Assembly: GCA_963750935.1 (NCBI GenBank)
Contig: CAVVSR010000014.1
Span: forward strand, 834,847-898,846
Length of the DNA stretch: 64,000 nucleotides
Direction: 5' to 3'
From: an uncultured Acidobacteriota bacterium
GTDB taxonomy: Bacteria > Acidobacteriota > Vicinamibacteria > Vicinamibacterales > 2-12-FULL-66-21
This document shows positions 24,545 to 34,679 of this stretch, in pieces. The translations under genes and the position numbers were made by a program. Each line of letters begins with the position of its first letter. Position 1 is the stretch's first letter. Below the pieces are notes generated by a model. The model saw only the letters and a list, made by a program, of their open reading frames with translations. It searched no databases and was not told the DNA's origin.

Positions 24545-24568
24545 CGGGGCTGCGAACCGACCCCACAG

Positions 24569-24606
24569 AAAAAAAGGCTGGCGATCCAGCGGATCACCAG
24601 CCTTTT
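24569..24606. terminator. bidirectional rho-independent terminator
   Basis: AAAAAAA-GGCTGGCGATCC-agc-GGATCACCAGCC-TTTT, between the convergent methyltransferase and secreted-protein genes. Confidence 0.75.
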
Positions 24607-24626
24607 CCGTGTCGACCGAGTTGTCG

Positions 24627-25481
24627 TTACCGGCGCGAGGCGCGCTGGATAGTGGCGCGGTAGCCACCCTGGTTGTCGGCCACGTGGTCGTCGTTGATCC
24701 CGAGGAACAGCTGTCCGTTCGCCGGCATGGTCACCATCGATCCTTCGCTGATAACGAAGGGGGCGCTGTTGCCGACGCGGCCGATGAGCGCGCCCGCGGG
24801 GGCCTGCGGCAGCGGTGCGTTCGCCGACAAGCGGCCCGCGCGCGACCCGTTCGGCGCCGACACGTCCGCGGCGTCAGTGCTCAGCCGCGCTTCACCGGTG
24901 GCATTGATGGTCAGCGATTCGCCGCGTCGTACCGTCAACCCGGTTGGCGTCCAGGCCTGGGTCGCCGACACGGCGATGCCGGAACCTTCCGGCACGCTCA
25001 CGCTGCCCGAGGACGACCCGCCGCCCGTGCCAACGCTGCGGCCGCCCGAGAAGTAGACGCGCCCGACCTGGCTCGCGGGGACACGGCGTTCTTCACCCGC
25101 CGTGGTGCGGAAGATCACGAGGAACGTGGAGGACTCGTCTCCTGCCTTCTCGTGTCCGAGCTCGATGATCTGCCCCTTGACCACCGCTCCGTCGCGCATC
25201 ACGACGGCGTTCTCCGATCCGCTCAGCTCCACCGTGCTGTCCGGCGTCCCGCCGAAGTCGACATACGCGACCTGGTCGACGTTGACGCGCGGTTCCTCGT
25301 GCAGGCTGACGCGCACCGCGAGCTCGCGGCGGTCCACCCGGTAGGTCAGGTTGCGGCCGGTATGCCGCTGACCATTTTTGAGGACAATGGTTGAGTTGGT
25401 CTGTGCGTCCAAGGGAGCGGTTGCCGCCCCAATGCCCAGGACGAGTGCCAACATGCTCACTCTCTTGAACTTAGCGAACAT
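24627..25481 (-). CDS. secreted protein with C-terminal PA-IL/LecA-like lectin domain
   Basis: ATG 25481 follows the RBS AGGAGGAAAAG. Signal peptide MFAKFKRVSMLALVLGIGAATAPLDAQ. The C-terminus (WTPTGLTVRRGESLTINATG...GALIGRVG...GQLFLGINDDHVADNQGGY) resembles PA-IL-type lectin folds. Confidence 0.6.
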   Translation of the reverse strand: MFAKFKRVSMLALVLGIGAATAPLDAQTNSTIVLKNGQRHTGRNLTYRVDRRELAVRVSLHEEPRVNVDQVAYVDFGGTPDSTVELSGSENAVVMRDGAVVKGQIIELGHEKAGDESSTFLVIFRTTAGEERRVPASQVGRVYFSGGRSVGTGGGSSSGSVSVPEGSGIAVSATQAWTPTGLTVRRGESLTINATGEARLSTDAADVSAPNGSRAGRLSANAPLPQAPAGALIGRVGNSAPFVISEGSMVTMPANGQLFLGINDDHVADNQGGYRATIQRASRR

Positions 25482-25640
25482 CTTTTCCTCCTGAAGAGCT
25501 GCCGCCCGCGCCTCAATCGCTGCCGGCGGATATCGTTTCAACGTTCATGCTCCGGCTCAATGCAAGTTGGCAGCCCAGGCAAGCCCAGCCGTGCGCGAAC
25601 TATTCCTCGGCAGCGCCCCGGAACGCCGGAATCCGGCCGA

Positions 25641-25646
25641 TATAAT
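25641..25646 (+). promoter_or_regulatory. TATAAT -10 box 6 nt upstream of the M16 peptidase ATG (possible leaderless transcript)
   Basis: gaTATAATcgagccATG, with no Shine-Dalgarno between the box and the ATG at 25653. Confidence 0.35.
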
Positions 25647-25652
25647 CGAGCC

Positions 25653-26963
25653 ATGGTCCCCCTTGCCGCGCCGTTTCCCGCATTTCTACGCGCTGAAACG
25701 CTCCAGAACGGCTTGCGGGTGCTCGTCAAGGAAGTGCATACGGCGCCGCTCGTCTCGGTGTGGTGCTGGTACCGCGTCGGCTCGCGTGACGAGGTCACCG
25801 GCCTCACCGGTGCGTCGCACTGGGTCGAGCACATGAATTTCAAGGGCACCACGAACATCCCTCGCGAAGACATGAAAGGGATCGTCGAACGCTTCGGCGG
25901 GATGTGGAACGGCTACACCTGGATCGACCAGACGACCTACCTCGAAACCGCCTCCCGGGACGCGCTCGACCAGATGCTGTTCATCGAAGCCGAGCGCATG
26001 CAGGAGAGCCTGTTCGATCCGGACGAGTGCGAGTCGGAGCGGACGGTCATCATCTCCGAGCTGCAGGGGGGCGACAACGATCCCGAGCAGGTGCTCGACA
26101 CCGAGGTGACGGCGACGGCGTTCCGCGCCCACACCTACCGGCATCCGACGATCGGCTGGCTGCACGATCTCCAGTCGATGACCCGCGACGACCTCTATCA
26201 GCACTACCGGCGCCACTACGTCCCCGCCAACGCCACCCTCGTCATCGTCGGGGATGTGGTGACCGACGACGTGCTCCGTGGTGTCGAGCGCCGGTTCGGG
26301 AGGATTCCAGAGCGACCGCGGCCCGAGCGGCTGCGGATGGTCGAGCCGCCGCAGCTCGGCGAGCGGCGCGTGGCGATCGAGCGCGAAGGCACCACCGCCT
26401 ACCTCAAGTTCGCGTATCACGCGCCGTCGGCGACCGATCCCGACTTCTTCGCGATGCTCGTGCTCGACGCGGTGCTGACCGGCGCCAAGGGGCTCAATCT
26501 CTGGTCCAGCTTCCGGGTGGCCCCGCCGCAGCGGAAGTCGCGGCTGTATACGGCACTGGTCGAGCGCGGCCTGGCCTCGCAGGTCAACGGCGCGCTCCTC
26601 GCGACGGCCGATCCGTTCCTGTACACGCTGTCGTTCACGGCGGCCGACGGCGTGCCGCTGGCGGCGCTGGAAGAAGCGGCGCTGGCGGCAATCGAGCCGG
26701 TCGCGGGCACGATCACCGAAGATGAAGTCGCGCGGGCGAAGCGCCAGCTGCGGGCGCGGCTCGTGTTCGAGGACGACAGCGTCACCACCGTGGCGCATCA
26801 GCTCGGCTTCTTCGAAACCGTCGTCGGGCCCGGCTACTACCCGCGGCTGCAGGAGTGCATCGACGCGGTCACGCCCGAGGCCGTCAGCGCCGTGGCGTGC
26901 CGCCGGCTGCGCCGGTCGTGCCTCACGATCGGCTCGTTCCAGCCGACCGAGGGGGCGCAATGA
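25653..26963 (+). CDS. M16 family (pitrilysin-like) zinc metallopeptidase, active-type subunit
   Basis: Start chosen at ATG 25653. The inverted zinc motif HWVEH (HxxEH) lies in ...GASHWVEHMNFKGT. Two M16 lobes. Confidence 0.9.
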   Translation: MVPLAAPFPAFLRAETLQNGLRVLVKEVHTAPLVSVWCWYRVGSRDEVTGLTGASHWVEHMNFKGTTNIPREDMKGIVERFGGMWNGYTWIDQTTYLETASRDALDQMLFIEAERMQESLFDPDECESERTVIISELQGGDNDPEQVLDTEVTATAFRAHTYRHPTIGWLHDLQSMTRDDLYQHYRRHYVPANATLVIVGDVVTDDVLRGVERRFGRIPERPRPERLRMVEPPQLGERRVAIEREGTTAYLKFAYHAPSATDPDFFAMLVLDAVLTGAKGLNLWSSFRVAPPQRKSRLYTALVERGLASQVNGALLATADPFLYTLSFTAADGVPLAALEEAALAAIEPVAGTITEDEVARAKRQLRARLVFEDDSVTTVAHQLGFFETVVGPGYYPRLQECIDAVTPEAVSAVACRRLRRSCLTIGSFQPTEGAQ

Positions 26964-28255
26964 CCGCCACGCTCGCCGAAGGGCTCTCGCCCGTTCGGGC
27001 CGAGCTGGACAATCGCGCCGTCGTCATCGTCCAGGAAACGTCGATGACGCCGGCCGTGACGATCAGCGCATCCTTCCGCGCCGGCAGCATGTTCGATCCC
27101 CCGGGGCTCGAAGGGCTGTCGTACCTCACCGGGCGGACCATCGATCGCGGGACCGAGCACCGCAGCGCCGGGCAGATCGCCCAGGCGCTCGACGATCTCG
27201 GCGTCTCGCTCAAGGTCTCGACCAACCGGCATGCGATGACGCTGTCGTGCACCTGCCTGTCGGAGGACTTCGACAGCGTGCTCGCCGTGATCGCGGACGT
27301 CTCGCGGCGTCCGACGTTCCCGGAGGACGAGATTGCCAAGCGCCGCGTCGAGGCCCTGACGACGCTGCGGCAGATCGAGGACAACCCGGCGACGCGAGCG
27401 ATCGATGCCGTGCTCGAGCTGCTGTACACCGGGAATCATCCGTACGGACGGCCGCCGAAGGGGACGGTCGCCGGTGTGGAGCGCGTGTCGGGCGCGGACA
27501 TGACCGCCTTCCACGCGCGCCGGCTGCGGCCGTCGGTCCTGTCGCTGGTGATCGTCGGGGACATTCCCCCCTCGCACGCGCTCGCGCGCGCCGCGGCAGA
27601 GCTCGACGACTGGCGCGCCGAGCCCGCCGAGCGCTATGACGTGCCGGCGCCGCCGCCGCCGTCCGGCCGCCACCAGCGCGTCATTGCGATGCCCGGCAAG
27701 CCGCAGGCGGACGTGGCGTATGGCCTGATGGCGATCCGCCGCCTCGATCCGCGCTACGACGCCCACTGGATGATGAACAACATCCTCGGCCAGTTCGGCC
27801 TTGGCGGACGCCTGGCCGAGAACATCCGCGAGCGACAGGGCATGGCCTACTACGCGTTCAGCTCGCTGGAGCCGGCGGCCGTGGAAGCGCCGCTGCTGAT
27901 TCGCGCCGGCGTCGACCCGGCCAACGTCGATCGAGTCCTCGACGCGATCAGCCACGAAGTCGCGACGCTGGCGGCGGACGGTCCGACCGAACGGGAAGTC
28001 GAGGAAACGCGCGCCTACCTGATCGGATCGATTCCGCGGATGCTCGAAACCAACCAGAGCATCGCCGGCTTCCTGCAGATGGCGGAGGAGTACGGCCTCG
28101 GGCTCGATTTCGATCAACGCCTGCCGGGCCTGCTGCGCGCCGTGACCATCGAGGAGATCCGTTCGGCCGCCGCCGAGACGCTCCAGCCCGATCGCGCCGC
28201 GATCGCGATCGCCGGGCCGCCTCCGGGCGCCGAACCCGATCGGGCGGGCGCATGA
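26960..28255 (+). CDS. M16 family peptidase, non-catalytic-type subunit (no HxxEH)
   Basis: ATGA start/stop overlap with the preceding gene. M16 fold (GLSYLTGRTIDRGT...) but I see no HxxEH motif. Confidence 0.85.
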   Translation: MTATLAEGLSPVRAELDNRAVVIVQETSMTPAVTISASFRAGSMFDPPGLEGLSYLTGRTIDRGTEHRSAGQIAQALDDLGVSLKVSTNRHAMTLSCTCLSEDFDSVLAVIADVSRRPTFPEDEIAKRRVEALTTLRQIEDNPATRAIDAVLELLYTGNHPYGRPPKGTVAGVERVSGADMTAFHARRLRPSVLSLVIVGDIPPSHALARAAAELDDWRAEPAERYDVPAPPPPSGRHQRVIAMPGKPQADVAYGLMAIRRLDPRYDAHWMMNNILGQFGLGGRLAENIRERQGMAYYAFSSLEPAAVEAPLLIRAGVDPANVDRVLDAISHEVATLAADGPTEREVEETRAYLIGSIPRMLETNQSIAGFLQMAEEYGLGLDFDQRLPGLLRAVTIEEIRSAAAETLQPDRAAIAIAGPPPGAEPDRAGA

Positions 28256-28954
28256 CGCCACCGGCTACGCGCCGGCCGACGCGCGCGGTCTTCTTCGACG
28301 TCGACTTCACCCTGATCCACCCCGGGTCCGATGTTTCAGGGCGCCGGGTATCGCGACTTCTGCGCCAGGTACGGCATCACGACCGACCCGGCGCGGTTCG
28401 GCGACGCCGTCGCCGCGGCGTCGGCGCTGCTCGACTCGTCGGGCGGCATCTACGATCCGCAGATCTTCGTGAACTACACGCGCGAGATCATCGAGCGGAT
28501 GGGCGGTTCTGGACCCGGCGTCGATCAGGCCTCGCGCGACATCTACGAGGAATGGGCGGCGTGCCAGCACTTCTCGCTCTACGACGACGTTCCCGGCGTG
28601 ATTCGCGAGCTCCACGCACGCGGCCTGACCATCGGCCTGATCTCGAACACGCAGCGCTGCCTGTCGTCCTTCCAGTCGCACTTCGACCTCGACGGCATGT
28701 TCGCGGTCGCGGTGTCGTCTGCGGCACATGGCTTCATGAAGCCGCATCCGAGCATCTTTCAGGCGGCGCTGGCGCAGGCGAACGCCACGGTGGACGAGGC
28801 GGTGATGGTTGGCGACAGCCTCGACCATGACATCCATGGCGCCCGCCGCGTCGGCATGCGCGCGGTGCTGGTGTCCCGCTCCGGCCTGCCGGCGTCGTGT
28901 CCGGAGGACGTGCCGGTGATCACGACCCTGCGCGACCTGCCGGCGCTGCTGTGA
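28252..28954 (+). pseudogene. HAD-superfamily hydrolase, frame broken by a 1-nt indel near 28327
   Basis: HAD motif I (AVFFDVDFTLIHPG) is in frame 1 from ATG 28252, which forms an ATGA overlap with the M16 gene. The rest, including motifs II-IV (GLISNT, KPHP, VGDSLDHDIHGA), is in frame 2 (ORF 28331..28954). Confidence 0.8.
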
Positions 28955-29025
28955 GCGGCGCGTGAGAGTATTGGCCTGACACGTTCGACCGAGCGGCAAC
29001 CTGGCATCAGAGGAAGGACACAGCG

Positions 29026-29412
29026 ATGAACGGCAACTCCCTGGTCGCACCCGTCCCGGGCGCGGAGCGGAAGGAAGTCGGCGGCGTCGTCGTCGACATC
29101 TCGCCGGCCGGATCGGGCCGGGTGAAGCGCGTCATCTATCAGCCGGGCTTCCGGTGGTCGACCCACATGCGTTCGATTGTCGGCACCGACCTCTGCATGC
29201 ACGCGCACGTCGGCTTTCTGCTGCAGGGCGAGGTGCACGTCCGCTACGGCGACGGCTGCACGCAGCAGTTCAAGGCTCCGCAGGCCGTTGCGATCGAGCC
29301 CGGGCACGACGGCTGGGTGGTCGGCGATCAGCCGGCGGTGCTCGTCGAGTTCGATTTCGAGGGACAGACCGCCAGCCGATTCGGCATGCCCGCGGTCCAC
29401 GCCCACAGCTGA
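29026..29412 (+). CDS. cupin domain-containing protein
   Basis: 128-aa ORF behind the RBS GAGGAAGG. Small beta-barrel-like sequence with a His-rich motif (CMHAHVGFLLQGEVHVRYGDG). Confidence 0.65.
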   Translation: MNGNSLVAPVPGAERKEVGGVVVDISPAGSGRVKRVIYQPGFRWSTHMRSIVGTDLCMHAHVGFLLQGEVHVRYGDGCTQQFKAPQAVAIEPGHDGWVVGDQPAVLVEFDFEGQTASRFGMPAVHAHS

Positions 29413-29444
29413 TCGGCCCCGCCGGAGCCGACCTGCCGCCATCG

Positions 29445-30267
29445 ATGCAGATCCGTCCGCTCACGACGGTGGAGGAGTGCCGTCACGTCGCGGCGCTCGA
29501 GCGCGTCATCTGGGGCTACACCGACGCGGAAGACGTCGTCCCGCCGCCGGTGCTGATCGTCTCGGCCAAACGCGGCGGCATCCTGCTCGGCGCCTTCGAC
29601 GGCGACCGCATGGTCGGGTTCGTCTACTCGATTCCCGCGGTGAAGGATGGCCGGTTGTCGCAGTGGTCGCACATGCTCGGCGTGCTGCCCGAGGCGCGGG
29701 ACAGCGGGATCGGTGCGCGGTTGAAGCTGGCGCAGCGCGACGCCGCGCGCGCGGCCGGCATCGACCTGATCGAGTGGACGTTCGATCCCCTCCAGGCGCT
29801 CAACGCGCATTTCAACTTCGCCAAGCTCGGCGTCGTCGTCCACGAGTACCGAGGAGAACGCCTACGGCGAGTCGACGAGCCCGCTCCACGCGGCCACCCC
29901 AACCGATCGCTTCATCGCCGAGTGGCACGTCACGCTGCCCCACGTCGAGCGTCGGCTTGCCTCGTGGAACCAGCCCGTCGTGCGCGACCGTTCGATTGCG
30001 GAGGCGCCGCTGGTGAATCCGGCGGTGGCGGGGCAGACGTGGATTGCTCCCGGTCCACCCGATCTGACGCTCGCGGCGCGGCGCGTTCTCGTCGAGATCC
30101 CGGTGGGGTTCGGTGAGATGCAGCTTGGCGACCCCGCGCTGGCGCGGCAGTGGCGCATGCACACGCGCGAGGTCTTCCAGTCCTACTTCCGCCGCGGCTA
30201 CCGGGCCGTGGATTTCTTTCTCTCGAAATCGGCCGGCCGCGGCCACTACCTGCTCAGCCTTCCCTAG
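29445..30267 (+). pseudogene. GNAT-family acetyltransferase-like protein, frame broken by a 1-nt indel near 29850
   Basis: MQIRPLTTVEECRHVAALERVIWGY...FAKLGVVVHEY is in frame 3. The continuation EENAYGESTSPLHAATPTDRFIAEWHV...GRGHYLLSLP is in frame 1. Confidence 0.75.
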
Positions 30268-30284
30268 CCGCGACCCGCGCCGCG

Positions 30285-30632
30285 TCAGCGTTTCTTGACC
30301 GCCTTGCGGGTCCGCGATCCTGTCGTTTTCTTGCGTGACGCCGTCTTGCGCGCGCCTCCCGACGTCTTCTTTGCGGACGTGCGCGTGGTGCGTTTGCGCG
30401 CCACCGACTTGCCTCCCTTGCGGCCGCCGCGCCGCATCGGCTCGTGGTTCTCGGGCTTGCCGTAGCCGCTGCCGCCAGGTTTCTCGCCGCCGCCGTGCAC
30501 CTTGTTGACGGTCGCCCAGGCGCGGCGCTCCGCCTCATCTTCCGGGACGCCCTGCGCCTCGTAGCCTTCCTCGATGTGCTCGGCCTGACGCTTCTGCTTG
30601 CCCGTGTACTTGCGCTTGTCGCCTCGTGGCAT
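30285..30632 (-). CDS. small basic protein (family often annotated 'plasmid stabilization protein') with Lys/Arg-rich tail
   Basis: 115-aa ORF. Conserved N-terminus MPRGDKRKYTGKQKRQAEHIEEGYEAQGVPEDEAERRAWATVNK, then a Gly-rich linker and a K/R/T/S-rich histone-H1-like tail. Confidence 0.7.
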   Translation of the reverse strand: MPRGDKRKYTGKQKRQAEHIEEGYEAQGVPEDEAERRAWATVNKVHGGGEKPGGSGYGKPENHEPMRRGGRKGGKSVARKRTTRTSAKKTSGGARKTASRKKTTGSRTRKAVKKR

Positions 30633-30641
30633 CGTGCTCTC

Positions 30642-30678
30642 CGTTCGTCAGCCGGCCCAGGCCGGCTGACGACGAACG
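30642..30678 (-). terminator. long GC hairpin between the HIT gene and the small basic protein gene
   Basis: CGTTCGTCAGCCGGC-ccag-GCCGGCTGAC(gac)GAACG. About 15 bp of stem with one 3-nt bulge, and no U-tract. Confidence 0.4.
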
Positions 30679-30701
30679 AGCATATTCGAGGCCAATCCGG
30701 C

Positions 30702-31046
30702 CTAACCCGGCGGCCAGTGGAGGGAGCGTCCGCCGAGCACGTGGAGATGAATGTGGAAGACCGTCTGCCCCGCATCTGCGTTGCAGTTGAAGACGGTTCG
30801 ATAGCCGCGGTCGCCGTGGCCGTGTTCCACCGCCAGCGCGGCAGCCCGCCTGATCATCTCCCCGACCAGCCCATCGTCGGCGGGCGTGAGGTCGTTGAGG
30901 GTGGCGATATGCCGGCGCGGCACGATCAGCACGTGCATCGGCGCCTGCGGATTGATGTCCTTGAAGGCGATGAGGTGCTCGTCCTTGTGGACCAGCGTCG
31001 CGGGGATTTCGCCCGCGGCGATCTTGCAGAACAGGCAGTCTGCCAC
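30702..31046 (-). CDS. histidine triad (HIT) nucleotide-binding protein
   Basis: GTG 31046 is preceded by GGGGAGG. Product VADCLFCKIAAGEIP...INPQAPMHVLIVPRRH...QTVFHIHLHVLGG carries the HxHxHxx motif. Confidence 0.85.
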   Translation of the reverse strand: MADCLFCKIAAGEIPATLVHKDEHLIAFKDINPQAPMHVLIVPRRHIATLNDLTPADDGLVGEMIRRAAALAVEHGHGDRGYRTVFNCNADAGQTVFHIHLHVLGGRSLHWPPG

Positions 31047-31047
31047 G

Positions 31048-31926
31048 TTACCTCCCCAGCACGAGGGTTCGGGGAATGCCCTGCAGGTCGTGGAGCACTT
31101 CCTGGATCCGCCACCCGGCAGCCTCGGCGATTCCGCGAACCTCGTCTTCCTGCCCGAACCCGAATTCAACAATGAACCGTGCTGACGGGGCAAGGTGCCC
31201 GGACGCGGACGTCAGCAGCCGTCGCATCACCGACAGACCGTCGAGGCCTCCGAACAACGCGGTCGACGGCTCGTAGCGGACGACGTCGGCGGGGAGCCTG
31301 GCCGCGGACTGATCCGGCACGTACGGCGGGTTCGACACGATCAGGTCGGCGACGACCGCGAGGCCCGCCATCAAGTCGGCGCAGACGAAGTGCAGGCGAT
31401 CCGCGACGTCATGACGGCGCGCGTTGCCGGCGGCCACGCGCAGCGCGTCGTGCGAGATGTCGGTCGCGATGACCCGGGCCCGCGGGCGCTCGTGCGCGAG
31501 CGCGATCGCCAGGCAGCCGGTTCCGGTGCCGACGTCGACGATCGTCGCGTCGCGGTCCCAGGGCACGAAACGCAGGGCTTCCTCGACGATCATCTCCGTT
31601 TCCGGCCGCGGCACGAGCGTAGCCGGCGTGACCTGGAAATCGAGCCCCCAGAACTCGCGATGGCCGGTGATCATCGCCACCGGCTCGCGCCGGACCCGCC
31701 GGTCGATGGCCTGCCGATACCGCACCGCGAAGCCTGGCGGCGCAGGGTCGCGGCCGTGCGCGAGCAGCCGCGCGCGATCCCAGCCGAGCACGTCGCGCGC
31801 CAGGACCTCGGCGTCGACGGCCGCGTCCTCCGGGCGGAACCGGGCGTCGACGAGCTCCTGCCGCGCCGCGGCAATGCGGCCGGTCAGGCTGTCGGCGTGA
31901 TCGCCGCTCGCTCCGGAACTGCTCAT
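31048..31926 (-). CDS. prmC: peptide chain release factor N(5)-glutamine methyltransferase
   Basis: 292-aa ORF downstream of prfA. SAM motif VDVGTGTGCLAIAL and catalytic NPPY (IVSNPPYV). Confidence 0.9.
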   Translation of the reverse strand: MSSSGASGDHADSLTGRIAAARQELVDARFRPEDAAVDAEVLARDVLGWDRARLLAHGRDPAPPGFAVRYRQAIDRRVRREPVAMITGHREFWGLDFQVTPATLVPRPETEMIVEEALRFVPWDRDATIVDVGTGTGCLAIALAHERPRARVIATDISHDALRVAAGNARRHDVADRLHFVCADLMAGLAVVADLIVSNPPYVPDQSAARLPADVVRYEPSTALFGGLDGLSVMRRLLTSASGHLAPSARFIVEFGFGQEDEVRGIAEAAGWRIQEVLHDLQGIPRTLVLGR

Positions 31927-31957
31927 GGTCGCGCGCGCTGGACGGGCGAGGACGGGA

Positions 31958-33036
<1,079 letters not shown>

Positions 33037-33052
<16 letters not shown>

Positions 33053-33372
33053 GAGAAATCACTAATCCCTAGTCCCGACTCCCGCGTCCCGACTCCCGCG
33101 TCCCGAGTCCCGACTCCCGCGTCCCCAATTCCCCCCGACACTGGCGGCAGGAACGCGACCTCATCGCCGGGGGCGAGCGGGGTCGTGAACTTCGCGTACT
33201 CCTCGTTGACCGCGCACGAGATCACGCCGGTGTAGCGCGCCAGCTCGGGATGCTCGCGCTCGAGCAGGTGCCAGACGTCCTGTGCCGTCGCGGCGTCCGG
33301 GACCTCTCGTGCCAGCTCTCCGGTCCCGGCGATGTCACGCAGCCGGGCGAAGAGGCGGACGTTCACGCGCAT
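33037..33372 (-). CDS. moaD: molybdopterin synthase sulfur-carrier subunit MoaD, with 30 extra codons after the canonical C-terminal GG
   Basis: MRVNVRLFARLRDIAG...GDEVAFLPPVSGG is 81 aa. The ORF then continues as IGDAGVGTRDAGVGTRESGLGISDFSCLTS through the heptamer array and overlaps the prfA start by 16 nt. Confidence 0.75.
33065..33137 (-). repeat. GGGACGC/GGGAGTC heptamer array (G-rich on the minus, sense, strand)
   Basis: The plus strand reads GTCCCGA CTCCCGC GTCCCGA CTCCCGC GTCCCGA GTCCCGA CTCCCGC GTCCCCA ATTCCCC. Located between the MoaD GG codons and the prfA ATG. Confidence 0.9.
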
Positions 33373-33869
33373 GCGCGGGCCATCGCCTGGCTTCGGGCGT
33401 CCTCGTCGTCCGGATCGGCGGTGGCGCCCTCGATCCACACGTCGCCGCCTTCGAAGTGCTCGTGCTTCCAGATCGGGACGATCTGCTTGATGCGCTCGAT
33501 CGCATACCGGCACGCGGCAAACGCGTCGGCGCGGTGCGCCGAGCCCGCGGCGATCGCCACGCTGGCCTCGCCGATCTGCAGGCGTCCGATCCGGTGATCG
33601 ATCGCCAGCCGCGCGCCGGGCCAGCGCTCGGCGGCTTCGTCGCCGATCCGCTGGAGCGCCTTCAGGGCGAGCGCGTCAAAGCACTCGTACTCCAGGAACA
33701 GCACCTGCCGGCCGGCATTGTGATCCCGAACCAGGCCGACGAACGTGGCGACCGCGCCGTGTCCCGCTTCGCTGACCGCCGACGCCGTCCGGGCCGGATC
33801 GAGCCGTTCGCTGGTGATCCGGAATCGGGTGACGCCACTGTCGCGAACGCTTCCTGAAGAGGCGGTCAC
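33363..33869 (-). CDS. moaE: molybdopterin synthase catalytic subunit MoaE
   Basis: 168-aa ORF, GAVATFVGLVRDHN...EASVAIAAGSAHRADAF...IPIWKHE, typical of MoaE. Overlaps the moaD start by 10 nt. Confidence 0.9.
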   Translation of the reverse strand: MTASSGSVRDSGVTRFRITSERLDPARTASAVSEAGHGAVATFVGLVRDHNAGRQVLFLEYECFDALALKALQRIGDEAAERWPGARLAIDHRIGRLQIGEASVAIAAGSAHRADAFAACRYAIERIKQIVPIWKHEHFEGGDVWIEGATADPDDEDARSQAMARACA

Positions 33870-33873
33870 GTCT

Positions 33874-34659
33874 TCAGTATAACCGCCACATATGGTTGAG
33901 CGGGCCGTGTCCGGTGCCGATCGCGGGGGCGTTCAGCAGCGCGCCCTCGAGATACGCGCGCGCCTCTCGAAGCGCCTCGGGCACGCTCAGACCCCGCGCC
34001 AGGTGCGCGGCGATCGCGGACGACATCGTGCATCCCGTGCCGTGCGTACTGCGCGTGGCGATGCGTTGTCCGCGCAGTTCGATGACCTCGTCCCGGGTGC
34101 AGGCGACGTCAATCGACTCGGCGCCCTCGAGGTGCCCGCCCTTGACGAGTACGACGCGCGGCCCCAGATCGAGGATTCGGCGTGCCGCGTCCCGCATGTC
34201 GTCGAGCGACGCTACGCGGCGGCCGGTGAGGGCCTCGGCCTCCGGGACATTGGGCGTGACCACGTCGGCCAGTGGGAACAGCACGGTCCGGAGCGCCTGC
34301 ACGGCTTCCTCTTCAATCAGGCGGGCGCCCCCCTTCGCCACCATCACGGGATCGACGACGACGTGGGGAAGCTGACGGTCGCGGATGGCTTCGGCGACCG
34401 CGCGGATGATGCCGGCGTTGGCGAGCATCCCGACCTTGACGGCATCTGCGCCGATGTCGTCGACCACCGACGTGATCTGCGCGACCACCAGTTCGACCGG
34501 CAGCGCCTGCCATGCCTGGACCCCGAGCGTATTCTGGGCGGTCACGGCGGTGATCGCGCTGGTCCCGTAGACGCCGAGCGCGGCGAAGGTCTTCAGGTCC
34601 GCCTGGATTCCCGCCCCGCCGCCGGAATCGCTGCCGGCGATTGTCAGTGCTGTCTGCAT
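33874..34659 (-). CDS. thiD: bifunctional hydroxymethylpyrimidine/phosphomethylpyrimidine kinase
   Basis: 261-aa [24 protein letters not shown]..., [13 protein letters not shown] motif. Confidence 0.9.
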   Translation of the reverse strand: MQTALTIAGSDSGGGAGIQADLKTFAALGVYGTSAITAVTAQNTLGVQAWQALPVELVVAQITSVVDDIGADAVKVGMLANAGIIRAVAEAIRDRQLPHVVVDPVMVAKGGARLIEEEAVQALRTVLFPLADVVTPNVPEAEALTGRRVASLDDMRDAARRILDLGPRVVLVKGGHLEGAESIDVACTRDEVIELRGQRIATRSTHGTGCTMSSAIAAHLARGLSVPEALREARAYLEGALLNAPAIGTGHGPLNHMWRLY

Positions 34660-34679
34660 ACAGTAAAATTCCGGGTTCT

